DNA of 64,000 bases from an uncultured Bacillota bacterium. GTDB lineage: Bacteria; Bacillota; Clostridia; Peptostreptococcales; Anaerovoracaceae. The position numbers and the translations under genes are program-made. The stretch spans positions 37,554 through 101,553 of the forward strand of contig CASFAX010000003.1 in assembly GCA_949292945.1 (NCBI GenBank). Reading direction: 5' to 3'. The notes below the pieces were generated by a model that saw nothing but the letters and a program-made list of their open reading frames with translations, had not been told where the DNA came from and did no database searches. The stretch's first letter is position 1. Every line of letters starts with the position of its first letter. Of this stretch, positions 20,978-28,301 are shown one piece after another.

Positions 20978-21200
20978 GCGTTCGATGTGAAACCGGTTTT
21001 GAGACGTTTACATCGAACACTTTTTCGATTTCGATGCGGATTTTTACGCTTTACATCGAATAATTTCGTTGCAGACAAGGGTTTATCAGCGGATTTGTTC
21101 GATGCCGGAAGCATTTTCAGGCTTTGAGGTCGAAGAAACGTTCGACCCAGGCGCCGAAACGCGGGTATGACATCGAAAGCCTCAAATATCGAAAGCTTCC
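20978..21200 (+). repeat. TCGA-core multi-hairpin non-coding element, copy A
   Basis: 11 TCGA tetramers between 20982 and 21234, arranged as consecutive inverted repeats of (C/G)(A/G)TCGAA and its complement. Homologous to the inverted copy at 58866-59055. Confidence 0.6.
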
Positions 21201-21255
21201 ACTGAATGGTGTATGACATGATAACAAATGTCGAGAGCAATCGTAATAAACGGGG

Positions 21256-21284
21256 TTGACAACTATCTGATTCAATGATAAAAG
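21256..21284 (+). promoter_or_regulatory. candidate promoter for riboswitch 1
   Basis: TTGACA (21256-21261), a 17-nt spacer, then a weak -10 TAAAAG. Confidence 0.35.
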
Positions 21285-21319
21285 TATTGTTGTGATACAT
21301 TTTGAAAACTTAACAGGAA

Positions 21320-21592
21320 AACAGTAGGTGCTGCATTGAAAAATGCAGGTAAAAGGGAAACAGGTTTAAAGCCTGTGCGATCTCGTCACTGTATTCAGCA
21401 GTGTATCGCCAATTATGTCACTGAGAAATCGGGAAGGCGGCGGTATGCGTTACGCTGTGAGCCAGGAAACCTGCCTGCTGTGGTACGGGAATTTGTTGAA
21501 TTCCAGATTACGAGGTTTGATCGTACCGAAACTTATATTTTTTTTATTCGATTTCGACGATCCAGCTGCGTTATGCAAGTTGGATTTTTTCT
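21320..21592 (+). promoter_or_regulatory. cobalamin riboswitch 1 with terminator expression platform
   Basis: TAAAAGGGAAACAGGTTTAAAGCCTGTGC..CACTGT core, GTCACTG..GGGAAGGC, and B12 box GAGCCAGGAAACCTGCC. P1 pairs CAGTAGG with CCTGCTG. Terminator ATCCAGC/GTTGGAT plus T6 at 21560-21592. Confidence 0.85.
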
Positions 21593-21652
21593 TTTCCGTA
21601 TTCCTTAATAGGTTTTCTTGTCAAATGCTTAAGAAAAGGAGAGGTAAAGAAA

Positions 21653-22825
21653 ATGAAAAAGAAACTTGTAGCCCTGCTGTGCATATCTGCCATGGTTTTT
21701 GCCCTCGCAGCGTGCGGAAACAACAGCGAATCAGATGACTCCGGCGATGTGAATGCCGATCAGGCTGCGGCAGATCACGTAGCCGAGCTTATCGACGCTA
21801 TCTACGCTCAGGAAAGAACCGATGAAACAGACGCTCAGTGTGAAGAGGCAAAGAAGGCTTGGGATGCTCTCACCGATGCGCAGAAAGAGCTGGTTGAGGG
21901 AGAAAACGCAAGCCCTGATTATTTCGGACTCGATACAGGCGACGCTTCCAAGGACGATCCGAGAAATCAGGACGATATAGGTGAGAACGAAATTCTCGTT
22001 GTAAGCTTCGGTACTTCCTACAACGACAGCAGAGTTGAAGACATCAAGAGTATAGAGGACGCCATAGCAGAGGCGAATCCGGACTGGTCCGTAAGAAGGG
22101 CGTTCACGTCTCAGATCATCATCAACCATATTCAGGCTCGCGACGGAGAAGCGATAGACAACATGGATCAGGCTCTTGAAAGAGCTGTGGATAACGGTGT
22201 AAAGAATCTGGTAGTTCAGCCAACCCACCTTATGCACGGCGCTGAGTACGACGAGATGGTAGAAGCGGTCGAAAAATATCAGGATAACTTCGATTCCGTT
22301 AAGATTGCAGAGCCTCTCCTTGGAGACGTAGGTTCTGACGCTACAGTTATCAACGCAGATAAGAAGGCTGTAGCGGAAGCCGTTACTGCCGCAGCAGTGA
22401 GTGATGCGGGCTTTGATAGCCTGAAGGCGGCTAAGGAAGCAAAGACTGCTTTCGTATTCCTGGGACACGGAACTTCCCACACCGCTAAGGTTTCCTACAG
22501 CCAGATGCAGACTCAGATGGAAGAGCTGGGATATGAAAACGTATACATCGGAACTGTAGAGGGTAAGCCTGAAGAAACCGCATGTGAAGCTGTAATAGAA
22601 AAGGTTAAGAAAGCAGGATACACAAACGTTGTTCTTCGTCCGCTTATGGTAGTTGCAGGCGACCACGCTAATAACGATATGGCAGGAGCTGAGGATGATT
22701 CCTGGAAGTCCATGTTTGAAGCAGACGGTTCATTTGAGAAGGTAGAGGCTCAGATTACGGGTCTCGGTGCGGTTAAGGCAATACAGGATATTTATGTTTC
22801 TCACACGGCTGCCGTAATCGGCTAA
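21653..22825 (+). CDS. exported CbiK-like (class II chelatase fold) lipoprotein
   Basis: Signal peptide with lipobox LAAC (MKKKLVALLCISAMVFALAAC), an acidic/helical N-region of about 100 aa, then the CbiK layout (ILVVSFGTSY, VVQPTHLMHG, FLGHGTSH, RPLMVVAGDHANND). Confidence 0.75.
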   Translation: MKKKLVALLCISAMVFALAACGNNSESDDSGDVNADQAAADHVAELIDAIYAQERTDETDAQCEEAKKAWDALTDAQKELVEGENASPDYFGLDTGDASKDDPRNQDDIGENEILVVSFGTSYNDSRVEDIKSIEDAIAEANPDWSVRRAFTSQIIINHIQARDGEAIDNMDQALERAVDNGVKNLVVQPTHLMHGAEYDEMVEAVEKYQDNFDSVKIAEPLLGDVGSDATVINADKKAVAEAVTAAAVSDAGFDSLKAAKEAKTAFVFLGHGTSHTAKVSYSQMQTQMEELGYENVYIGTVEGKPEETACEAVIEKVKKAGYTNVVLRPLMVVAGDHANNDMAGAEDDSWKSMFEADGSFEKVEAQITGLGAVKAIQDIYVSHTAAVIG

Positions 22826-22870
22826 GCTGAGATAAAAACTAATTTAAATTATTAGAAGAGGTAATTCCAC

Positions 22871-23389
22871 ATGAAAAGAAAAATTGCACTATTGCTCATA
22901 AGCGTATTTTGTCTGGCGACGGTTTTCGCAGGATGCTCAGGTAATGACAGCTCGGAAAGCGCATCTTCCGGAAGTGAAACCCAGAGCGAACAGCCTGCGG
23001 AAAGGGAAGAGGTTTCTTTAGAGGACGGTACTTATACTGCTGATTTTAATACCGACAGCGGGATGTTTCACGTTAACGAGGCGTGCGACGGAAAGGGTAC
23101 CCTTACGGTTAAGGATGGAGAGATGACCATTCATGTCTCTCTCGTATCTAAGAATATAGTAAATCTCTATCCGGGACTTGCAGAGGACGCCCAGAAGGAA
23201 GGGGCTGAGCTTCTTCAGCCTACCACCGACACGGTAACCTACAGCGATGGAATTTCTGAGGAGGTTTACGGCTTCGACATTCCCGTGCCTGCACTTGACG
23301 AGGAATTTGACCTCGCTCTCATAGGGACAAAGGGTGCGTGGTACGACCACAAGGTAAGCGTATCAAATCCTGAAAAGGCAGAGGAGTAG
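22871..23389 (+). CDS. secreted lipoprotein with one copy of the DGTY..GxM..IPVxALD..WY domain, function unknown
   Basis: Lipobox FAGC and an S/E-rich linker. The domain is at nt 23024-23365. Confidence 0.7.
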   Translation: MKRKIALLLISVFCLATVFAGCSGNDSSESASSGSETQSEQPAEREEVSLEDGTYTADFNTDSGMFHVNEACDGKGTLTVKDGEMTIHVSLVSKNIVNLYPGLAEDAQKEGAELLQPTTDTVTYSDGISEEVYGFDIPVPALDEEFDLALIGTKGAWYDHKVSVSNPEKAEE

Positions 23390-23497
23390 TATATGCGGGC
23401 GGACTGTTTTCCCTTGGAAGCAGCCCACTTTTGTTACTGCCACCTACACGCCATGGGTACAGAGTGCGGGCAAAGAGCGTTAAATAGGGTTAGCCTA

Positions 23498-23525
23498 TTG
23501 ACAAAACTCGTCTAAATGATATGAT
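23498..23525 (+). promoter_or_regulatory. sigma-A promoter for riboswitch 2 and the long btu-cbi operon
   Basis: TTGACA (23498-23503), a 16-nt spacer, and an extended -10 TGaTATGAT (TATGAT at 23520-23525). Confidence 0.5.
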
Positions 23526-23544
23526 TATGAGGTAAGCTTAATAA

Positions 23545-23842
23545 CATGAAACTGAATCATCTCGGAAGCCGGTGCAAATCCGGCGCTGTGTCTCAGCAAC
23601 CGTGATGTCCTTATGTCGGAAAAGTGAAGTGCTATACGCTTCGGTCACTGAAGCCTTTGGCTTTGGGAAGGCATTTTTTCGAATCTCGGACTAAGCCGGT
23701 AGACCTGATTTAAGTTTAAAGCGAGTCTTCTGAGATAAGATGTGCGATTTGTTTTATGATGTTTTCCGGTTTCGTATCGGCGTAGCGGGGAAACGTGATT
23801 AAGCGATTTACAGGCATCTCGAAGGTCGGGATGTCTTTTTAT
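23545..23842 (+). promoter_or_regulatory. cobalamin riboswitch 2 with terminator expression platform
   Basis: GGAAGCCGGTGCAAATCCGGCGCTGT..CAGCAACCGTGA core, GGTCACTG..GGGAAGGC, and B12-box variant AAGCCGGTAGACCTGAT. Terminator AGGCATC/GATGTCT plus a T-run at 23812-23842. Confidence 0.8.
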
Positions 23843-23891
23843 TTCTTACTTTGCGGACTTTATGTCTGTGGAATTGATTAAGGAGGAAGTT

Positions 23892-24932
23892 ATGAAGAAA
23901 TTGACGAAGACTTTACTGGCTGCGGCAGTGGTTATGGCTATGGTCATGTCCATGGCGGTTACAGTTTTTGCAGGCACTGCTCTCGCCGACGGCACCTACG
24001 ATTATACCGTTGAAACGGGAGAGAAGATGTTTAAGGTAATAGACGCTGACGTTATCGTAAAGGACGGACAGATGACGGCTAAGCTGCTTCTCAGCGGAAC
24101 CAGCTACTACGCTCTGGTACCGGGAACCATAGATGAAGCAAAGGCTGATTATGAAGCGGGAGATGAAAGCGGCTGGTATAAGTCAGAGGGGACAAAAGAA
24201 TACACGGCAAACGGAGAGACTAAGACAGGCGCTATTTACACCATTCCTGTTGAGTCTTTGGATAAGCCTATAGAGCTGGTTTCTGTTTCCAGGAAATATT
24301 ATGACGCCAAGGACACTGAAAAAATGTTCTACGCCAGAACCCTTACCTTTACCGAAAAGGTAGAGGAACCTGCTGCGGAGCCTGCCGTTAAGGACGGAAC
24401 CTATAAGATAAACGTCGAAACGGGAAACAAGATGTTTAAGGTAGTGGACGCTGTTCTCACCGTAAAGGACGGACAGATGACTGCAGTGGTTACTTTAAGC
24501 GGGACGGGATACGGATACCTCTATGCAGGTAAGGTAAACGCAGATAATACCGATACACTGGACACCGTTGCGGCTGCTGACAGAATTGCACCTTGCGCTA
24601 CGGTTAAGGGCGATGACGGCGGAGACCAGTATAGCTACGAGATCCCTGTAGCGGCTCTGGATACGGCTCTGGACTTCGGAGCATTCTCAAATAATAAGCA
24701 GGTATGGTATGCGAGAACTCTTACATTTGATTCGGCTTCCCTTACAGCTGTAACGGATGGAAACGATGCAGCAAAAGGCGATACCGATGCCAATGCATCT
24801 GCGGCTACCGAGGAAAAGGAGGCTGAAAAAGCTCCTAAGACAGGGGATGAGACAGACCTTATCCTCTATGCGGGCATAGCAATAGTAGCGATGCTAACGC
24901 TTGCTGCAATTTACAGAAAGCACAATGCGTAA
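23892..24932 (+). CDS. cell-wall-anchored surface protein with two tandem copies of the DGTY..IPVxALD domain
   Basis: AGGAGG lies 6 nt upstream of ATG 23892 (the track ORF starts at 23862). Signal peptide. Copies at nt 23988-24353 and 24393-24731. C-terminal APKTGD, hydrophobic stretch and YRKHNA resemble a sortase sorting signal. Confidence 0.75.
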   Translation: MKKLTKTLLAAAVVMAMVMSMAVTVFAGTALADGTYDYTVETGEKMFKVIDADVIVKDGQMTAKLLLSGTSYYALVPGTIDEAKADYEAGDESGWYKSEGTKEYTANGETKTGAIYTIPVESLDKPIELVSVSRKYYDAKDTEKMFYARTLTFTEKVEEPAAEPAVKDGTYKINVETGNKMFKVVDAVLTVKDGQMTAVVTLSGTGYGYLYAGKVNADNTDTLDTVAAADRIAPCATVKGDDGGDQYSYEIPVAALDTALDFGAFSNNKQVWYARTLTFDSASLTAVTDGNDAAKGDTDANASAATEEKEAEKAPKTGDETDLILYAGIAIVAMLTLAAIYRKHNA

Positions 24933-24966
24933 AAAGCGAGGATACTTTCAGGAGATTATTTAAAGC

Positions 24967-26085
24967 ATGAAGAAAATTATACCAGCAATATTAGCGGTAC
25001 TTATGATTTTCAGCTCGACGGCGGCAGTTTATGCCGCTGCTCCTGCTGACGGAACCTATTCGGTAGCTACCACCCTTCAGGGAGGCTCGGGAAGGACATC
25101 TATTAAGTCTCCGTCCACCCTTACAGTATCAGGCGGTAAGATGCAGGCTACCGTTGTGTTTAACAGCACTAGTTTTACCTGGATGAAGGTCAACGGAGTT
25201 ACATACAATAATTCCAACTCAGGTGGAAATTCCACATTCACCATTCCTGTATCGGCTCTGGACACGGGGATTTCGGTCAGCGCCGAAACCGTGGCAATGA
25301 GCGAGCCTCACGTAATAGATTACGTTCTGACTTTTAGCTCGGCAGGGGTCACCATGCAGGGACAGGATCCAGGCTCGAATAATTCCGGTTCTTCATCTCA
25401 AGGCGGTCAGACGAGTTCAGGATCTGATACTTCGACAGATTCGGGAAAGGGCGCAGTGGATAGCGATGCTGACAGCGACGCGGAAGACAAAGATACTGAA
25501 AAGGAAGTAGTGGTAGATGATTCAGACGCCATTGAAATAAATAACACCATGAGCAATTTCACCAGCGTAAGCGAGGATATGCTTTCGGACAGCGACGGAA
25601 AGACCATGAGTCTTGAGACGGCCCTCGGAAGAGTGGATTTTGATGAGGACGCCACTGCTGCCATAGCAAAGGCTGCAAAGGGCGGTATAACCCTTGCCAT
25701 GTCCGACGTGACGGCAGACTTTGAGGACAGAGGATATGCCATTGCCGTTTCCATATCCCTTGAGGACGGAGAAGGAAACGATCTTGCTGAGGCCGCATCG
25801 ATGGGAAATATCACCGTTACGCTGAATCTCGATGAGGACATGGAAATAGAAAATTCCCTCGTTGTTTACGCTCTTGACGGCGAAGAAGAAAGTCAGATAG
25901 AGGCTGATGTGGATGCTGACAGTCGGGCTGTAACCTTTGATGCGAGCACACTCGGAACTTTTGCCGTGGATAACGGGGCGGCGATGGGAAGCGCTACCGT
26001 GTACGTGGCCATAGGAATAGTCATCGCGGCGACAGTAATCGGGGGAATTGCGTATTTTGTCGTAAGAGGTAAGAAGAAAAAATGA
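24967..26085 (+). CDS. membrane-anchored surface protein with one copy of the DGTY..IPVxALD domain plus an acidic linker and second domain
   Basis: Signal peptide. Domain at nt 25048-25338, S/G/D-rich linker, second beta-rich region, C-terminal TM helix and KKKK. The stop overlaps the btuF start (ATGA). Confidence 0.7.
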   Translation: MKKIIPAILAVLMIFSSTAAVYAAAPADGTYSVATTLQGGSGRTSIKSPSTLTVSGGKMQATVVFNSTSFTWMKVNGVTYNNSNSGGNSTFTIPVSALDTGISVSAETVAMSEPHVIDYVLTFSSAGVTMQGQDPGSNNSGSSSQGGQTSSGSDTSTDSGKGAVDSDADSDAEDKDTEKEVVVDDSDAIEINNTMSNFTSVSEDMLSDSDGKTMSLETALGRVDFDEDATAAIAKAAKGGITLAMSDVTADFEDRGYAIAVSISLEDGEGNDLAEAASMGNITVTLNLDEDMEIENSLVVYALDGEEESQIEADVDADSRAVTFDASTLGTFAVDNGAAMGSATVYVAIGIVIAATVIGGIAYFVVRGKKKK

Positions 26086-27233
26086 TTCTTAAAAAAATAA
26101 CGGCGGCAGCCTTAAGCCTTACCATGATTCTTTCCCTGTTCACAGGGTGCGGCGGCAGGAATTCTGGGAAAGAGGAAATTCCCCAGGTGGGTGATTTAAC
26201 ATATGAAAGCACTGTAGATCTTGAGTATGCGACCCAGTTTAAGATATATAAGTACGAAGGCGGATATTCGTATATAGAAATAACGGACGGCGACAAGATC
26301 CTCGTAGTGCCCGAAGGAGCGGATACTCCTGAGGACATTGAAGATGATGTAATCGTCGTAAATCAGCCTCTTGAAAACGTCTACATGGCTGCTACATCGG
26401 CAATGTCGCTGGCGAACGCGGCGGAAGCCCTTGATCAGATTAAGTTTTCATCTCTGGAGGCGGACGGCTGGTACGTAGAGGACGCTTCGAAGGCGATGAA
26501 CGAGGGGAAGATAGACTTTGCGGGAAAGTACAGCGCTCCCGATTATGAAATACTGGTGGGAGATGACTGCGACCTCGCCATAGAGTCCACCATGATACTT
26601 CACACTCCCGAGGTCAAGGAAAAGCTGGAGGAGCTGGGCATTCCCGTGATGATAGAAAGATCCAGCTACGAAAGCCACCCTCTTGGACGGACCGAATGGG
26701 TAAAGCTCTACGGAGCGCTGTTCGGCAAGGAGAAGGAAGCGGAGAAGGCTTTTGAGGAACAGGTGTCGGTAATGGACGACCTTAAGGGTCTGAAAAACAC
26801 CGGAAAGACCGTTGCGTTCTTCTATGTAAATTCCGCAGGTGGAGTGGTCACGAGAAAGTCAAGCGACTACATCGCCACCATGATAGAAATAGCAGGCGGA
26901 AAGTACATATTCGAAAATCTTGGAGATGACGAGAACAGAAACTCCACCGTGAATATGCAGATGGAGGAGTTCTACGCTTCCGCAAAGGACGCTGATTTTA
27001 TCTTCTACAACAGCAGCATAGTGTCGGGAATAGACACCTTAGACGATTTTATCGACCTCAATCCTGTTCTTGAAGACTTTAAGGCGGTCAAGGAAGGAAA
27101 CGTGTGGTGCACGGGAAAGAACATGTACCAGGAGACCGATAAGCTGGGTGGCGTCATCAGGGATATGAACGAGATTATAACCAAGGGCGACGACTGCCCT
27201 GACACACTGGATTTCTTCTATAAGGTTAAATAA
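26082..27233 (+). CDS. btuF: ABC-transporter substrate-binding lipoprotein, BtuF/FecB (cluster A) type
   Basis: Lipobox FTGC. Periplasmic-binding-protein type 2 layout. Position is upstream of a FecCD permease and under a B12 riboswitch. Confidence 0.8.
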   Translation: MILKKITAAALSLTMILSLFTGCGGRNSGKEEIPQVGDLTYESTVDLEYATQFKIYKYEGGYSYIEITDGDKILVVPEGADTPEDIEDDVIVVNQPLENVYMAATSAMSLANAAEALDQIKFSSLEADGWYVEDASKAMNEGKIDFAGKYSAPDYEILVGDDCDLAIESTMILHTPEVKEKLEELGIPVMIERSSYESHPLGRTEWVKLYGALFGKEKEAEKAFEEQVSVMDDLKGLKNTGKTVAFFYVNSAGGVVTRKSSDYIATMIEIAGGKYIFENLGDDENRNSTVNMQMEEFYASAKDADFIFYNSSIVSGIDTLDDFIDLNPVLEDFKAVKEGNVWCTGKNMYQETDKLGGVIRDMNEIITKGDDCPDTLDFFYKVK

Positions 27234-27235
27234 AT

Positions 27236-28297
27236 ATGTCAGACATAACAGAAAGACTTGCAGATGAAGAAAATGAAATAAAGTCGGCGAAGCTTAAGCG
27301 ATATGCCAGATATAACACAGTGTTCGTTTTTCTGGCTGTCGCCTTCGTGGTTATCACCGTTTTGAACATCAATTCGGGAAGCGTTGGTATAAGCGTCAAG
27401 GAGATAGCGCGGATAATTTTTCTCCGCGAAGGAGACGAGACGGCTTACGACATAATATGGAAGATAAGGCTTCCCAGAATAGTCACCTCTGCTATCCTGG
27501 GCGGCGGTCTTGCCCTTTCCGGATTTCTCATACAGGTGTTCTTCGGAAACCCTATCGCATCTCCGTTTACATTGGGTATATCCTCAGGTTCAAAGCTGAT
27601 AGTGTCTCTCACCATGGTAGTGATGATACAGTATGTGGATTACATATCGTCCTTTGCCATGGTAGCAGCTGCCTTTTTCGGGGCACTGGTTTGCATGGGC
27701 TTCGTACTTCTGGCGTCGCGAAGGGTGAAGCAGCAGTCCACCCTTCTCATAGCGGGTATAATGATAGGATATATATGCTCTGCCGTGACAGACTTCGTTA
27801 TCACCTTTGCCGAAGATACGGATATAGTAAACCTTCATAACTGGTCCATGGGAAGCTTTTCGGGCATAGACTGGGACGACGTATGGATGTGCTTTGTCAT
27901 CATATTTGCAGCCTTTGTCTGCACCTTTCTTCTTGCAAAGCCTATAGGGGCTTACCAGATGGGTGAGGCGTATGCTCAGAGCATGGGAGTAAACATAAAG
28001 CGGTTCAGAGTGCTGGTAATACTGCTTTCCAGCCTTATGGCAGGTTGCGTAACAGCCTTTGCGGGACCCATTTCCTTCGTTGGAATAGCCGTACCCCACC
28101 TTGCAAAGCTCATGCTTAAGACAAGCAAGCCCATAGTCGTTATTCCTGCCGTATTCTTGGGAGGCGGCGTATTTTGCATGTTCTGCGACTATATAGCCAG
28201 GACGGCTTTCGCGCCGACGGAGCTTTCCATAAGTACGGTGACTGCCATATTCGGTTCGCCTATAGTAATCTGGATGCTTCTTTCGAGAAAGCGGTAA
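27236..28297 (+). CDS. btuC: FecCD-family ABC permease (corrinoid import)
   Basis: 353-aa polytopic protein with RLPRIVTSAILGGGLALSG and GPISFVGIAVPHLAK motifs. Confidence 0.85.
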   Translation: MSDITERLADEENEIKSAKLKRYARYNTVFVFLAVAFVVITVLNINSGSVGISVKEIARIIFLREGDETAYDIIWKIRLPRIVTSAILGGGLALSGFLIQVFFGNPIASPFTLGISSGSKLIVSLTMVVMIQYVDYISSFAMVAAAFFGALVCMGFVLLASRRVKQQSTLLIAGIMIGYICSAVTDFVITFAEDTDIVNLHNWSMGSFSGIDWDDVWMCFVIIFAAFVCTFLLAKPIGAYQMGEAYAQSMGVNIKRFRVLVILLSSLMAGCVTAFAGPISFVGIAVPHLAKLMLKTSKPIVVIPAVFLGGGVFCMFCDYIARTAFAPTELSISTVTAIFGSPIVIWMLLSRKR

Positions 28298-28301
28298 TGA
28301 C

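Noticed and set aside
20873-20980. TPP riboswitch upstream of thiN.
   Set aside because: I looked for the THI-box signature (CUGAGA plus ACCUGAUCUGGAUAAUGCCAGCG-like) on the minus strand and found none. The likely promoter sits only about 25-30 nt from the RBS.
20978-21200. The TCGA arrays as a CRISPR array or as tRNA T-arm (GGTTCGAnnCC) fragments.
   Set aside because: There are no constant-length direct repeats with unique spacers; the units are inverted and of variable length. The TTCGA cores lack the flanking 5-bp T-stem complementarity and any acceptor or anticodon arm.
20971-21300. 109-aa minus-strand ORF spanning the thiN / riboswitch intergenic region.
   Set aside because: It has no RBS and an odd composition, and it is built from the TCGA hairpin array, so the repeated FDV/SK segments are translated repeats. 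I treat it as non-coding.
21336-21738. Two overlapping + strand ORFs (21336-21608 and 21415-21738).
   Set aside because: They run through the cobalamin riboswitch and its terminator, and the second overlaps the well-supported lipoprotein start at 21653 out of frame. They are not coding.
23390-23497. Intrinsic terminator between the small lipoprotein gene and the riboswitch-2 promoter.
   Set aside because: Only weak, interrupted pairings (GGGC/GCCC and TTCC/GGAA) precede the TTTT run, so I could not support a terminator. Read-through from the upstream unit remains possible.
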